DNA of 64,000 nucleotides from Eukaryota sp. TZLM1-RC (Eukaryota > Protista > Metamonada: BaSk clade). A program made the position numbers and the translations under genes. Positions 32,682-43,900 of this stretch are shown here, piece after piece; the stretch's first letter is position 1, and the number at the start of each line of letters is the position of its first letter. Below the pieces are notes generated by a model that searched no databases, was not told the origin of the DNA, and worked only from the letters and a program-made list of their open reading frames with translations. Location: the NCBI GenBank assembly GCA_040285825.1, contig JAUPSS010000001.1, positions 2,542,001-2,606,000 of the forward strand, written 5' to 3'.

Positions 32682-34705
32682 TCAATTCCATCCGGGTGAG
32701 GTAGCCCACTAAATACATTTCTATATTTTTCGAGTAGCACGACTAGGCGTTCCTCGTCCCTAATGTCATCCAGGCATATTCTACAGCCCAACTCATCTAA
32801 CTCATGTCTAAATGTGGAATGCCCAAAATCATTACCTAAGTCTGATTTATTACTCAATTGTTCAATGAATCTAATTGGTTGACAAATTCTATTATCAAAC
32901 TCACATTCAGCATTTAAGATGGTGCGATGTTCGCGATCCAAATTAATATTAAAACCGTGCTCCGTGCGTAGCCCCAAGGTTTGTAATAAGTCTCTTCCGA
33001 TCAAAAAATTATTGGTACCAGGAATGATCTGGAATTCGATCCTTAAAAACACTTGAGTGGCCAAGCTACCCACATTTAGAGCAACAACACCACTTGCACA
33101 TCCCAGGGTCGTGGAGCGAATACCTTTTGCCGATAAGTATTCGACAGTCTTATTGTCATTAACTGTCATATTACATTTAGAGGCTAAATCCATTGATAAT
33201 GCTGAAAATGCAGCTCCATTATCAATTTCGCCTTGTACTTCCACGTTATTTATGGTGCAGGTTAACCAAAGTTCCCCGTTAAAACTTTCTTGGTCCTCTG
33301 CTACCCAGGATAGTCTAACACTGTGGATAGAACCCACAGGATTGGATGACTCTCTAAATCTTTTTAATGGATTTAGGTGATTATAATTCGAATCTGTTTT
33401 GCTCATTTTATAAATGGATTTGATTGAATTATTTGTAAGGTTATTGTTAAAAGATGTATAATCATCTGGTTTATTACTACTACTTTTACGTTTTCTATCA
33501 CGTCTTCCACCTCCATGACGCTTTTTTGAACCAGGTCTTCCCACTAATTTAAAACATTTCTCTTCAGGATGTTTATTGGTATTACATAAGTTACACCATT
33601 GCTCTGAAGGAATGGGTCGACTACTTACTCTAGGGTTCTTAAAAGGACCTTTTGACTGGCTTCGTCCTTTTTGCGCAGGAGCGTGAGCACCAAAAGCTGT
33701 TCTAATCAAATTCATGTCTTTGATCGAGGATTCAAGGTTGACCTTGTTAACAAATGCGTTACCTAAATCGTAAATCGCATCGCCCAGTTTCTCGTTACTC
33801 GAATCAAACTTATCAATCCAAATGATATATGTGTCCATCAATTGATTGTTTGTTTTGTCGTTAATAGTTTCGAGAAATCTCTTTGCTGGGTAGACGACAG
33901 ACGGATTACCATCCGTTCCAGGCATAATTGTAGAGCGTCGAATTATATATATGATCTGCTCTATGAAGGCTGTCCACGAAGATTCAGCAGTCATTCTGCG
34001 ACTGATCTCAGGTGGTCTTACAGACCTTAAAGCCTTTTCATCATCGGTAGGGTATTTGTACTGGGTGCTGAGTAGCAAATATTCCCAGATTTCGGCGTCA
34101 GATGGGTTGTTGCCTAACACGTTTGTACGGCCTCCATAAAAACTCTGCCATTCTGCGATGACCTTACCCTCGATCATAAATCTCAAATACAAAGGGTCAA
34201 CTTCGAAGAACATAGATCTAACGAAGTCGTACTGATGAACAGGTTGACCGTATTTGGTGATCGGCGTAAATGCTCTGGTGGGTCCATCGCGATCCCTAAC
34301 TGTTTTAGCCCAATTGCCAAAGTTAAGAACGAAGTCGAAGATCTTCTTGGCGTCAAACGCTTCATTTAACTTAACTAGGCATCTAAGTTTGTCGTCTATT
34401 CTTTTCCTCAATTTCTCCTCGTCTGTTACAGGAGTTCTATAAAGACCGAGGGTGTCGACGAGAGAATCTCTAGGAGCATTCGTTCCTAGGGGTTGCGTGG
34501 GTATAGATGATTTTATAACAGATGCTTGTGTAGGAGTTGCTTCACAAGAAGCTCTCCTAGATGCCAGAGGCCCTATAGAAGGTGTACCAAATAGGTTCAT
34601 ATTCCTCTCTTCTGAAGGCAATGTTTCGCCCAACTTAATGATAAATCTTGTCTTAGGAGGTTCCTCCTGCACAGGTACAGTCTGGGCTGGTGGTCTTAAA
34701 TCCAC
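32618..34705 (-). CDS. gag: Gypsy gag-protease
   Basis: CCHC knuckle CNLCNTNKHPEEKC; aspartic protease-like IDNGA...LIGRDLL. Out of frame with RT near 32670. Confidence 0.85.
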   Translation of the reverse strand: MDLRPPAQTVPVQEEPPKTRFIIKLGETLPSEERNMNLFGTPSIGPLASRRASCEATPTQASVIKSSIPTQPLGTNAPRDSLVDTLGLYRTPVTDEEKLRKRIDDKLRCLVKLNEAFDAKKIFDFVLNFGNWAKTVRDRDGPTRAFTPITKYGQPVHQYDFVRSMFFEVDPLYLRFMIEGKVIAEWQSFYGGRTNVLGNNPSDAEIWEYLLLSTQYKYPTDDEKALRSVRPPEISRRMTAESSWTAFIEQIIYIIRRSTIMPGTDGNPSVVYPAKRFLETINDKTNNQLMDTYIIWIDKFDSSNEKLGDAIYDLGNAFVNKVNLESSIKDMNLIRTAFGAHAPAQKGRSQSKGPFKNPRVSSRPIPSEQWCNLCNTNKHPEEKCFKLVGRPGSKKRHGGGRRDRKRKSSSNKPDDYTSFNNNLTNNSIKSIYKMSKTDSNYNHLNPLKRFRESSNPVGSIHSVRLSWVAEDQESFNGELWLTCTINNVEVQGEIDNGAAFSALSMDLASKCNMTVNDNKTVEYLSAKGIRSTTLGCASGVVALNVGSLATQVFLRIEFQIIPGTNNFLIGRDLLQTLGLRTEHGFNINLDREHRTILNAECEFDNRICQPIRFIEQLSNKSDLGNDFGHSTFRHELDELGCRICLDDIRDEERLVVLLEKYRNVFSGLPHPDGIDCQPMTHFMTKVRSSKGNLEN

Positions 34706-34743
34706 CCAATCTGGTGCATTTTTAGATCCTCTAGGGACCCCTG

Positions 34744-36270
34744 CTAGTTATGATCATATGGAAGGCAACTGCTCTTTATTAAGACATTCTCAAAAACATT
34801 TTGGTCGGGCCAGCTATCAACCCATGCCTTAAGTTTAGCCATCCATGCATCAGGGTATACTAGTTTTAACTTGTTGGGGCCAACACGTTGCTCTTTCAAT
34901 TCAATTACCCTTGTGCCTATTTCTCTAATATAGGACTCTTTGGTATGAAATTGAAGGGTGTCACCTCGAGATTCATCGAATCTGCCCCCAAGCATAATAA
35001 AAATGTCCGCAATGGAATCTTTTGGGTGTACATTCTCCACTAGGAAATGCCTTACGACGCCTCTAAGGTTTCTACCTTGTTGATTATGAGGATACATTTT
35101 AGCTATCCAAAATAGTCTGTCGTAAGCTTCTTGATTTCCACTGAAATATATTTTGTGGTCATCAATTGCATCCCTATGCCATTTGGCAGGCCTGGGAGTA
35201 GCAGCTTGATACTTTGAACGAGGTGCGCTAAAATAGCAATCCTCGACTGCACTCATTCCACACGAGACTGCCGAATCGGTAAGATCATCCAATCTCTTTA
35301 AAAGATTTGGACTTTGATCATAACTCTCGTAGACGACGTCGTCAAGTGTTTTGCCGTGGGCTTCCCCAAAGAGGAAGGGCCAACGTTTCGCTAAATAGTC
35401 ACGTCGCACCTTCTCACATTCGGCTGGGTCTACGTCTCCCGCAAGACGCTCTGACTCATTCTCAGCCATTTTTAATAATTCGTCATCACTCCAATCCTTT
35501 ACATCATCAGGAGGATTGGCGATGAGGTCCAATAAGAAATCTCTAGTTACAGCCTCAACTGCTTTAGCTAGTTTCCTTCGGTAAAGACCCTGAGAAGTCC
35601 TTTCCGTAGATGGAAAACTAGGAGTTGGATTAGAAGAATTGGGTGTATGAGGTGGTTCATCATCGTTCTCATCCCCTCTCCTACTGTAGTTCTGATCAAG
35701 AGATCCTCTGGAATCACTTTGAGGTTCCTCACTTGAGCTGGTGTCAGAAGTAGGTGAGGAGGGAGTTTTACGTGAGGAGCCAGTCGTAGACTGTTGCTCG
35801 CCTTCACCTCCTTCACCTTCTGTACAAGCGTCAGATTTGGTACTTACAACAAACGCTTTGAATCTCCGTTGCTCGCTCGGAGTGAGAAAACTCTTCCTAC
35901 AAGGAAGGAGCTCCGAGGAGTTGTCGGGGTATGTGTATAGTTCTGACACATCAACAACGTGGTTACCTCTCTCCGTATTAGGGAGGTGACTTCCTTTCTG
36001 GGAGGTAGGGCTCTCCTCAGTGCGAAGTTCACTCTCCTTATTGGGGAGGTGGCTTTCTTTCTGAGAGGCAATGCTCTTCTCAGCGGAAAGCTCACTCTCC
36101 TTTGGAGGATTACTCTTCCCGAAGGAAGGATTACTCTCCGTAAGTGGAGGATTACTCACCGAGGGCGGTGGATTGTTCTCCTTCAAAGAAGGGACATTAC
36201 TCTTCCTCATAGAGGAAGGAGGGTTATCATTGTGGCTATTCAAGCCATTAATTAATGATGCTCTATCCAT
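34744..36270 (-). CDS. Extra ORF upstream of gag inside the LTR element (unknown function, low-complexity N-terminus)
   Basis: About 508 codons from the ATG (MDRAS) lying inside the 5' LTR. Contains a 21-aa tandem duplication (KESEL...SQK.SHLPN). Confidence 0.7.
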   Translation of the reverse strand: MDRASLINGLNSHNDNPPSSMRKSNVPSLKENNPPPSVSNPPLTESNPSFGKSNPPKESELSAEKSIASQKESHLPNKESELRTEESPTSQKGSHLPNTERGNHVVDVSELYTYPDNSSELLPCRKSFLTPSEQRRFKAFVVSTKSDACTEGEGGEGEQQSTTGSSRKTPSSPTSDTSSSEEPQSDSRGSLDQNYSRRGDENDDEPPHTPNSSNPTPSFPSTERTSQGLYRRKLAKAVEAVTRDFLLDLIANPPDDVKDWSDDELLKMAENESERLAGDVDPAECEKVRRDYLAKRWPFLFGEAHGKTLDDVVYESYDQSPNLLKRLDDLTDSAVSCGMSAVEDCYFSAPRSKYQAATPRPAKWHRDAIDDHKIYFSGNQEAYDRLFWIAKMYPHNQQGRNLRGVVRHFLVENVHPKDSIADIFIMLGGRFDESRGDTLQFHTKESYIREIGTRVIELKEQRVGPNKLKLVYPDAWMAKLKAWVDSWPDQNVFENVLIKSSCLPYDHN

Positions 36271-36391
36271 ATATGATAACAAAGAATAAGGAATAATTTA
36301 TTAGAATTTCACCGGCCCTTATAAAGGCCATCACTAGTGAACTATGTTATATAAATATAAATGTACTAGACCAATTGTCCACAGTACAACA
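36256..36391 (-). repeat. 5' LTR (136 bp)
   Basis: Direct repeat of 29492-29627. Confidence 0.95.
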
Positions 36392-36395
36392 AACA

Positions 36396-36710
36396 TGTGA
36401 AATATCAGTTTGTGCCGTTTGCAGTTTCTCTTTTTGGCAATATTGGACCTTCAGGGTTGCACTTTTTGGAAAATTTTAAAAAAGTGTTACTGAATAGGTC
36501 TGGTAAAACAATGAACTCCACTTTCTGGTTAAATAGAATTGTTTTTTGCATTTTCAAGTCTATTCCTACAATGATTTCAAAGGCACTTTTAGCTGTCGGT
36601 GTAGAATATGAACGTAATGCTGTGAGTAGGTTCAGTAATAGTGACGCTTGTTTGGAGGATATTGATTTCTAGATGGTTATTTTTATCTCAATAAATATTT
36701 CTTAAAAAAA
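36396..36710 (+). mobile_element. CRE-like non-LTR fragment, 3' half
   Basis: KYQFVPFAVSLFG...FWLNRIV...LEDIDF*, then AATAAA and an A-run. Near-identical inverted copy at 59810-60111. Confidence 0.88.
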
Positions 36711-37442
36711 ATTATTTTATTTTATTTTATTTATTTTTATTTTCGCCAGCTAATCGCTTCAGCAATTGGATTATTTTTTGTACAACAGTTCAATTTTGAC
36801 ACTCATTGACGCAAGTCTTTGCTGTTTTAATCTGAGAAGATCGGGCATGAACAATCGAAAAACAGCAACTAACTGTTCTTAACCGCGCACAAAGATGGCA
36901 GTAATTATTTCCAGGTTACAGAAATAATTGATATATTTTGCTATTTAATATTGGTTTCAATTTTGCTGTTTGAATAATTTAAAAGTGGTTTCCTTGCAGT
37001 CAAAGTGAGCAGTTCTTTTCACCTATCGTAATAGCCTTGAACTGATTAAAATAGTCTGTGGTAATTGATGTAATTCGTTTAAAAATGTTAATACTTCCAA
37101 GGTTCATAAATCAGAGCAACTTTCACCTCCAACTTAAGTCAGTCAAAAAAGACGAATTTCACATATAAGATTTTACGTTCAAAATAAATTTTAAATAAAT
37201 CTAAAACAATTATTGAAAATGTGTGTTTCTTGGTGGAATGAACAGCAAACGGCTTATACTACCAAAAGTGCTCAAAACCATAATTATCACGAAAACTTTC
37301 AATATATGGTGATGATGCTTAATTTAAGGAGGGAAGGTGAAATACATGACTATTGAGGCAGCAATTCATAGAATGGAGTGTTGTGTTTTTACAAAGAAGT
37401 TGTTTGAAATCCAGTTCAATGTTCTCTAATTAATGTCAATAG

Positions 37443-37790
37443 TTTTTTTATATATTTTTATTTATTCCAACAAAAACATATTACACGACAAGGTTAAAAT
37501 TCTATGTCTTCATAACCCAAATCAGCCAAGAAGAATTGACTGGAAGTTTTTCTTTCATAAAAGCGTCCAAGAGCTAACAAAGCTGGAGATAGTAAGGGAA
37601 CAACACCTTTGAAAATTGAAAGTACAATTCTGTTTTGCCAAAAACTCTTGTCCAAAACTCTTCCAGTACGTTGTTTCACAATTTCAACAAAATCATCCAG
37701 AAAAGATAAAGCAAGAGGTCTAAGCGTTCCATGAAGGGAAACTGCAAATGGACAGAGGACATAATGAGTATGTGATACTGCATTCAAGGA
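37443..37790 (-). mobile_element. CRE-like non-LTR 3' fragment
   Basis: HTHYVLCPFAVSLHG...FWQNRIV...YEDIEF*, AATAAA; same subfamily as 21340-21851. Confidence 0.82.
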
Positions 37791-37913
37791 CAAAATAAAA
37801 TGTCTGTTTTTCTGAACAAACTAAACTTTGGTTGATCTTTGCTAATTAGCTACCAAAATATTTCAGAAAATATTCATCCACCCTGGCATTGACGTTGGCC
37901 AACCACCTAGCCA

Positions 37914-40900
37914 ATGTCCATTCAGCTTCCTATCAAGTTTGTACATGCCCTTCGTGAGTGTACCACTAACTCCTTCCTTTCTTCTACTTCCTTTTTCGAT
38001 TTAATAGATTCTACTCTCTCACAGGCTGATTCAGCAGAGGATGATATCTCTCTAGATCTTACAGCTTTCCTTCCTTCATCGTTCTACGTCTCTCCATTTC
38101 TTCAAGTTATTCATGGGACACAATTCGGAACACGTGACCTACCACCACTCTCAATCCCCTTATCTGAGGTTCCTTCCCTCTCCACCACCACCACGACTTC
38201 GTCCTACCACTGCTACTTTCTTCGTAATACTGAGTACAAACCAAAGCTAATCGTTTTGCGACCTAGTTGTATTCATTTCTCATCGAGCTTGAACAGGAAA
38301 TCCAGGGGCACCAGTTATAATAATCTCAGAGTACTTTCCTTTGATGAGCGCTCTTTGGAGTTTGTTCTGCCAATCCCTAATCAATCAGTTCCATTTACCT
38401 TTAAATCAGACCAAAATCAATCAAAATTGATTAAATCTGTTTTGGTTTCCGCTCATAATCGGTATTGTTACTTTAGTCAAAGACTTTGTGAAGCTTTCCC
38501 TAAACTTGAATTACTTTTTGAGTCTGGTTTTAAAATTACAAAGAAAACTAAATTCGTTTACATTAGTTTCTTGCAAATTCTTGCAAATTCTTCAATAGTC
38601 TCACTTAAACTCATTGCTTTGGCTAGGTTATTCGAGTATTATCCTTGTTCAATTTTAAAAAACTTTAATTTTCAAGAACAGTTTGAAGAATTTTCTTCTT
38701 TATTGAGCTCAATTCCCTGCAAGGGTTATTCCCAACTTTCTGAACAGTTGCTTGGTCTAGTCAATAAAAAGATGGACGAAAAGGTAAAGTTTAAATTTGA
38801 TGATGTTCAAGGTGCCAATTTTGGGAAATTGCAATCACTTTCCAAGTCTTCAGTGAATAGAGCTCTTTCACAGATCATTAATGAAATTTTCGATTCGGGA
38901 AGTTCTAATTCTAGGGTTTTGTCTTTGAGATCATTTAATTTTGGTTCTCTCAGCAAGTTTTTGGGCTATTTTGCCAATAATTATAATCTGGAATTAATTT
39001 CAAGATTAAGTTTGGTTAATTGTGGATTCAAGGATAATTTTTCATTAAGTTTGGTGAGGAATTCTTTTTCCAATATTCAAATTTTGGAACTAGACCACAA
39101 TGAGCTCAGAAAATTGTCAGGTCAGCCCCCTGACACTTTGTTCAAAATTTCGGTACTCGGTAATCAATTTTCTGATGTTAATTCAATACTTGAACCATTC
39201 AAAAATGGAAATTCCAATCTTAAGGAACTTTTTGTGGTTGGTAACCCTTTTGTTAACTCACAATCTTCCTTAACTTGGTTTTTTTCAGCAGTGGTTCCTA
39301 TCATGTCATTTAAACTATCAATCAATGTGATTGATGGGTTTCCGGTCAACAATATTCTAGAGTCTTTGTCCTTTCTTCGTTTATCTGATCACGTCAACTT
39401 TTTGACCTTTATTTCTCAACTTATCCTTCCAGACCCAGTAGTTGCTTCAAAACCTTTGGAATATGGTGTTTTTGCTCTTAACAATTCTATTATATCTCCA
39501 ATTAGTTTTGTTTTGTCTGGAATTATTGATTTACTGGTAATCTTGGTAATTGATTTCAAATCCCCGTTGTTTGTTAGTTCTAAGGCGATGTTGACATTGG
39601 TTTCGATCGCACGTGATGAGATGACATTATCCCACGTCATCAGCTCAATATTAGTCACTTTAGGTCAAAAGTCGTCGTTTTTGACGTCAGATTTAGGAAT
39701 TCTATTGACTATTTTTGACTCAGTTTTTGCTTTAACTTGCCGGTTAACTGATGAAGGTAGAGTTTTGGTTTCTAATTACATTAATTTAGAGTTGACTTCT
39801 TTGGAATTCAATAGCTTTCAATTAATTTTAGATTTATTTATCACCAATAATGTTCATCAACTATATTCGTTCTTTGGAATTTGTAAATTTTTAAATACAT
39901 CCCTGAATATTTCTAAAATTCCAAAATTTTTCTACGCCAAAGTTGAAGCAAATGATAATTTGGTTGAGCATGTGTATGCATTCTTTCTATTTCTCTCATC
40001 AACCCAACCCTCTTTTTCTGAAGAAGAGTTAGTAATTATTCTTGACCTTTGTCTCAAAGTTTCTGGTTTTAACACTTTTTTACCCCCCTCACTGTCTCTG
40101 GACTGTGATCGACCGGAGACTTTAATCATGATGATGTTGGCTTCTATTTTGCTCGAAAACATTTCCATCTCAAATGGCAAAGTTCAACAACTACTCGAGC
40201 AAATCTTGCCTCTCTCGTTACATTTACTGACAAACGATTGCCACGTCTGCTATGAATCTTGCATTTCTTTGTTCTCTGCCCTGACCAAGTTTCATGGTCA
40301 ATTTGGTGTGGACCTCTGTTGTGGGTTGTTTTCAGATGTACAATTAGGAGACATTTCTATTCTGATTTCTATTTTAAACAACCATGATTTAATTGAACCA
40401 TCAGTTATAGGGGTTTGTCTTTCTTCAGTCAATTCTCTGGTCCAAAAGCTTAATTTTTCCATTGAGTTTAGTAATAGCCTTGCTAACCAAAACCTATTGG
40501 AAGCGCTTTTGTCAATTATTTCCCACGCTAAGGACTCGCTTGCATCATCTGCGCTTGAATGTTTGATGACTTTACTTTCAAATACCCCTGCAATTCAAAT
40601 AGAAACTTCTGAGTCGGGCGATTTAAAAGTGTTTTTGGATAATTTAATTGTAATTATTAAAGAATCAATGTTTAAGAATTGTTTATTTGACGGATGTTGT
40701 AAAATTTTGTCATCTTTATCCAAAATTTTTGATCCTGAGCTCCTTTTTGAGCCCTTTTCTGCCCCAGATTTTGTAGATTGCCTTACACCTTTAATCAGTA
40801 ATTCTTCAGATCACGTTATCAGTCAGTTACTTTCATTTTATGTAATTATTTACGGGTCAAGAGAAGATCAACCTGTTCCAATCAGCTTGTTGAAATCATT

Positions 40901-43900
40901 TCTCAATCATTTCCACAATCATTTTTTGATTGAAAATTTAATCAACATTGTAAACATTGCCTTGTTCCAGCCTAATCAAGATTTCATCCTTTACTGTGAA
41001 ACTTTAATCAATATGTTTTCTGATTTTATAGCTTCAAAATGCTCAAATCATCTCTTTAAACAATCACACGAAAGGTTGCTGTCTTGTCTGTTGGTGACCT
41101 TAACAAAGCTTGTCGTTTGCTATTTTAACCATCATTCCAGATTTCCTAAAAACATTTCCAGTTATCGTGAATTAATTCAGTCTCTGTATTCACTATCAAC
41201 TTCATCCCCAGTTTCACCTTCCGTTTGTGGAATTGATGACGTCATGAGAGTCAGTGGGGTGTTGTTATTGATTTTCTGTTGTGCTGGCAATTTTTGTTGT
41301 GTTTTTCCCCCAGATTCTGAAGAATTTGTTTCTTTTTTCAGTAAAATTTTGAATGAAATTCAAATATTGGTATTTTCAAATTTTGAAGAAGATCTCGCTA
41401 ATGATCCGCTGTTTTTAAAAGAGATTTCTCTCAATGTTTTCAACCAATTAATTTCTCAAGATTTTGTCTTATCGAAGATATCTTCTATAGGCATTGAGAT
41501 AATTTTTTCACTATGTATTACTCTCTCTAGAAAAAAATTAGATCCACTCAATACTTACTCCGTTTTCGCGGTCACTCTTCTTGCGAAATTTGGCGAATCT
41601 TACGTTAAATCTGATGGAATTGAACTTGATGGGAGTGATTTGACTGATTTCTTTACAACACTTGTTTGTGGTTTATCAATGGACAATTATAATCTTCCAC
41701 TTGAAACAATTTTGGAACCAATTGCCCAATTAAGTAGGTTGGTTTTTGCAGTAAAGTTTTTAGCAAACGAATCTACAATTAATCATTTAGTAAGTTTGTT
41801 GATTTCATTATTAAATGATTGGTTTTACTGTACCAGTCAAAGTCTTTATAGTTGTATACAGTCTGTTTTGATGGAAATGATTTCCAATATTGACTGTCAT
41901 GACGTAGCAACGGGTAAAAAAGAAGTTGATTTCAGAAATGTTGCCTTCATAATTGAAATTTTGAGCAATATTTTATCATCAGCTCCCACACATGTCTGTG
42001 ATCTCATTTTGAGCCTTCCAGATTTTCGAAAGTTCTTGTTAAACTTGGACCATTTTTCACCAAATTTTCCCTATTTATCTGAAATAATCTCTTTTTTGAA
42101 TTCTTTATTCACATTAAAAGTTAATTCCAAATTTCCGCTATTCCCTTATGTCGCTTCCCTTCTTGGATTAATCAATCAAGCCTTTTTGGGTGAAACTTCT
42201 CAATCAAAAACTAAATCACTTTTAGATTGTATATGTCTATTAGCTCAAAAACATCCTATACACGTCATCAACTCTACATTTTTGATTGAAAAATTGATTG
42301 ATTTTGTAGAGAATCCTATTGATGATCAAATTTTGGTGTCAACTTGCGATATTTTTGCATCTCTTGCCAAGTGTGTAATTCCCTTCGTCAATAACAAATT
42401 ACAATCACTACCTTTCAAAGCTCTGCTTTTGCAGTTGATTAGTAGTTTTGAAAGTGTTGAAGTTTTGGAATCCTTATTGAGTTTATCTCACTCATTAGTC
42501 AAGAACGTGAAACTCTTCGCAAATGAATTAATTGCAGAAAAATACCACAGCTCTGTTTTTAACCTTCTGAGAGGCAATCAACTTCCTGATGGCGTCGTTT
42601 CAATCATTTTTGATCTTTGTTCTGAATTATTGATTAGCGATGCTCAGTTGGCTAGTTTTTTCAATAATTCTGATAATTTGCTATTATTAATTCAATTTTC
42701 CCAATCTAGTAGGTTGTTATTACTTTTGTTTCACCAGCAACATTCCCTGGGATTATCAAATGAATTGTTTAAAATCTTTAGAAATTGTTTAGAACATTTG
42801 AATTTTCAAGTGATAATGTTCTTCCTCCAAGTTTATCTTCGGTTTCTCAAATCTTCACCTTTAAATCACAATCCTAATTCTTTTATACCAATCATAATTG
42901 ATTGTTCACGTCATCATGATTTGCTTTTAATTTGTTTGGAAGTAATGGTCCAATTTTTTGACCTCTCAGATGTTAAGTTGGATGTTTCGCAAATAGTCTC
43001 TGTTGCTACTAAATTTTCCAGTGAAATATCAACACTGAGCTCTTCCTGCCAATCAAATTTGATTCTTTTGAATTCAAAGTTGATTTCTCTAAATACTTCT
43101 TGTTTTTCTGAAAATTTTGTCACAACGTTTTCAAAAAATCTATTGGCGTTAAGTCCTGAGGAAAATCTCGTTTTACATACCTTTAATTGGTTATCTTCAG
43201 TATCACGTTTGTTTCCAAAGTCTGTGTTAAAGTTAGTTTTCAACTATTTTAGTTCATTGTTTAATTTAGACGAGTCATCAGCTACAAGAAGGGAATTTCA
43301 TTTTGGTTCAATTTTGAGCTGTTTGATATCAATTTTGAGCTCATCAGTTGTCGAAGATGATCTTATTTCAAAGTATTCAAAAAAATTTGTTGAACATCCT
43401 CAATCTGCTGAAATTTTGATTCTTGAAGCAAGAAATTCAGTCATTGCTCTGAAACTTATAAATTTTTCTTATCTACTATCAAAGTACACCGACCTAGCCC
43501 CCATTTTGCCACAGCTGGTTCACGTTTGCAACTTTTTGTTGTCCAATTCCCGCTCCAATATTAACTATTCTTTCCAGGCAGCAAAATTTTTAAATGATGT
43601 TGTTATTGGTAAAAATGAAAATATGGCTGAATTAACTTTGACATCTTCAATTTTAGTTACTGTCATTTGCGAATTAATTGAAATAGTAAAGTCAATATTT
43701 CAATCAGATCCCACCAAGTTGTCACCTGGCTTGTCACGATCTCTTCTTTTATTTTCCCAAATTTTGGGCAACTTATCCTCCAGCCATTCTGCTTCCTGCA
43801 GTCTCATGATTGATTCTTTACTTGTGCACTTGAATCATCTTGACCAATCATTTGTGATTCCGATTTTGATTGCACTGTTCAAAATTTCCGAATCTTGTCA

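Larger units (their letters stand above)
29492..36391 (-). mobile_element. Full-length Ty3/Gypsy LTR retrotransposon (6.9 kb), possibly chromovirus-like, with disabling lesions
   Basis: TG...CA LTRs at 29492-29627 and 36256-36391; TSD AACA (29488-29491, 36392-36395); PPT AAGAGAGGGAAAAGG next to the 3' LTR; domain order gag-PR-RT-RH-IN. Confidence 0.95.
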
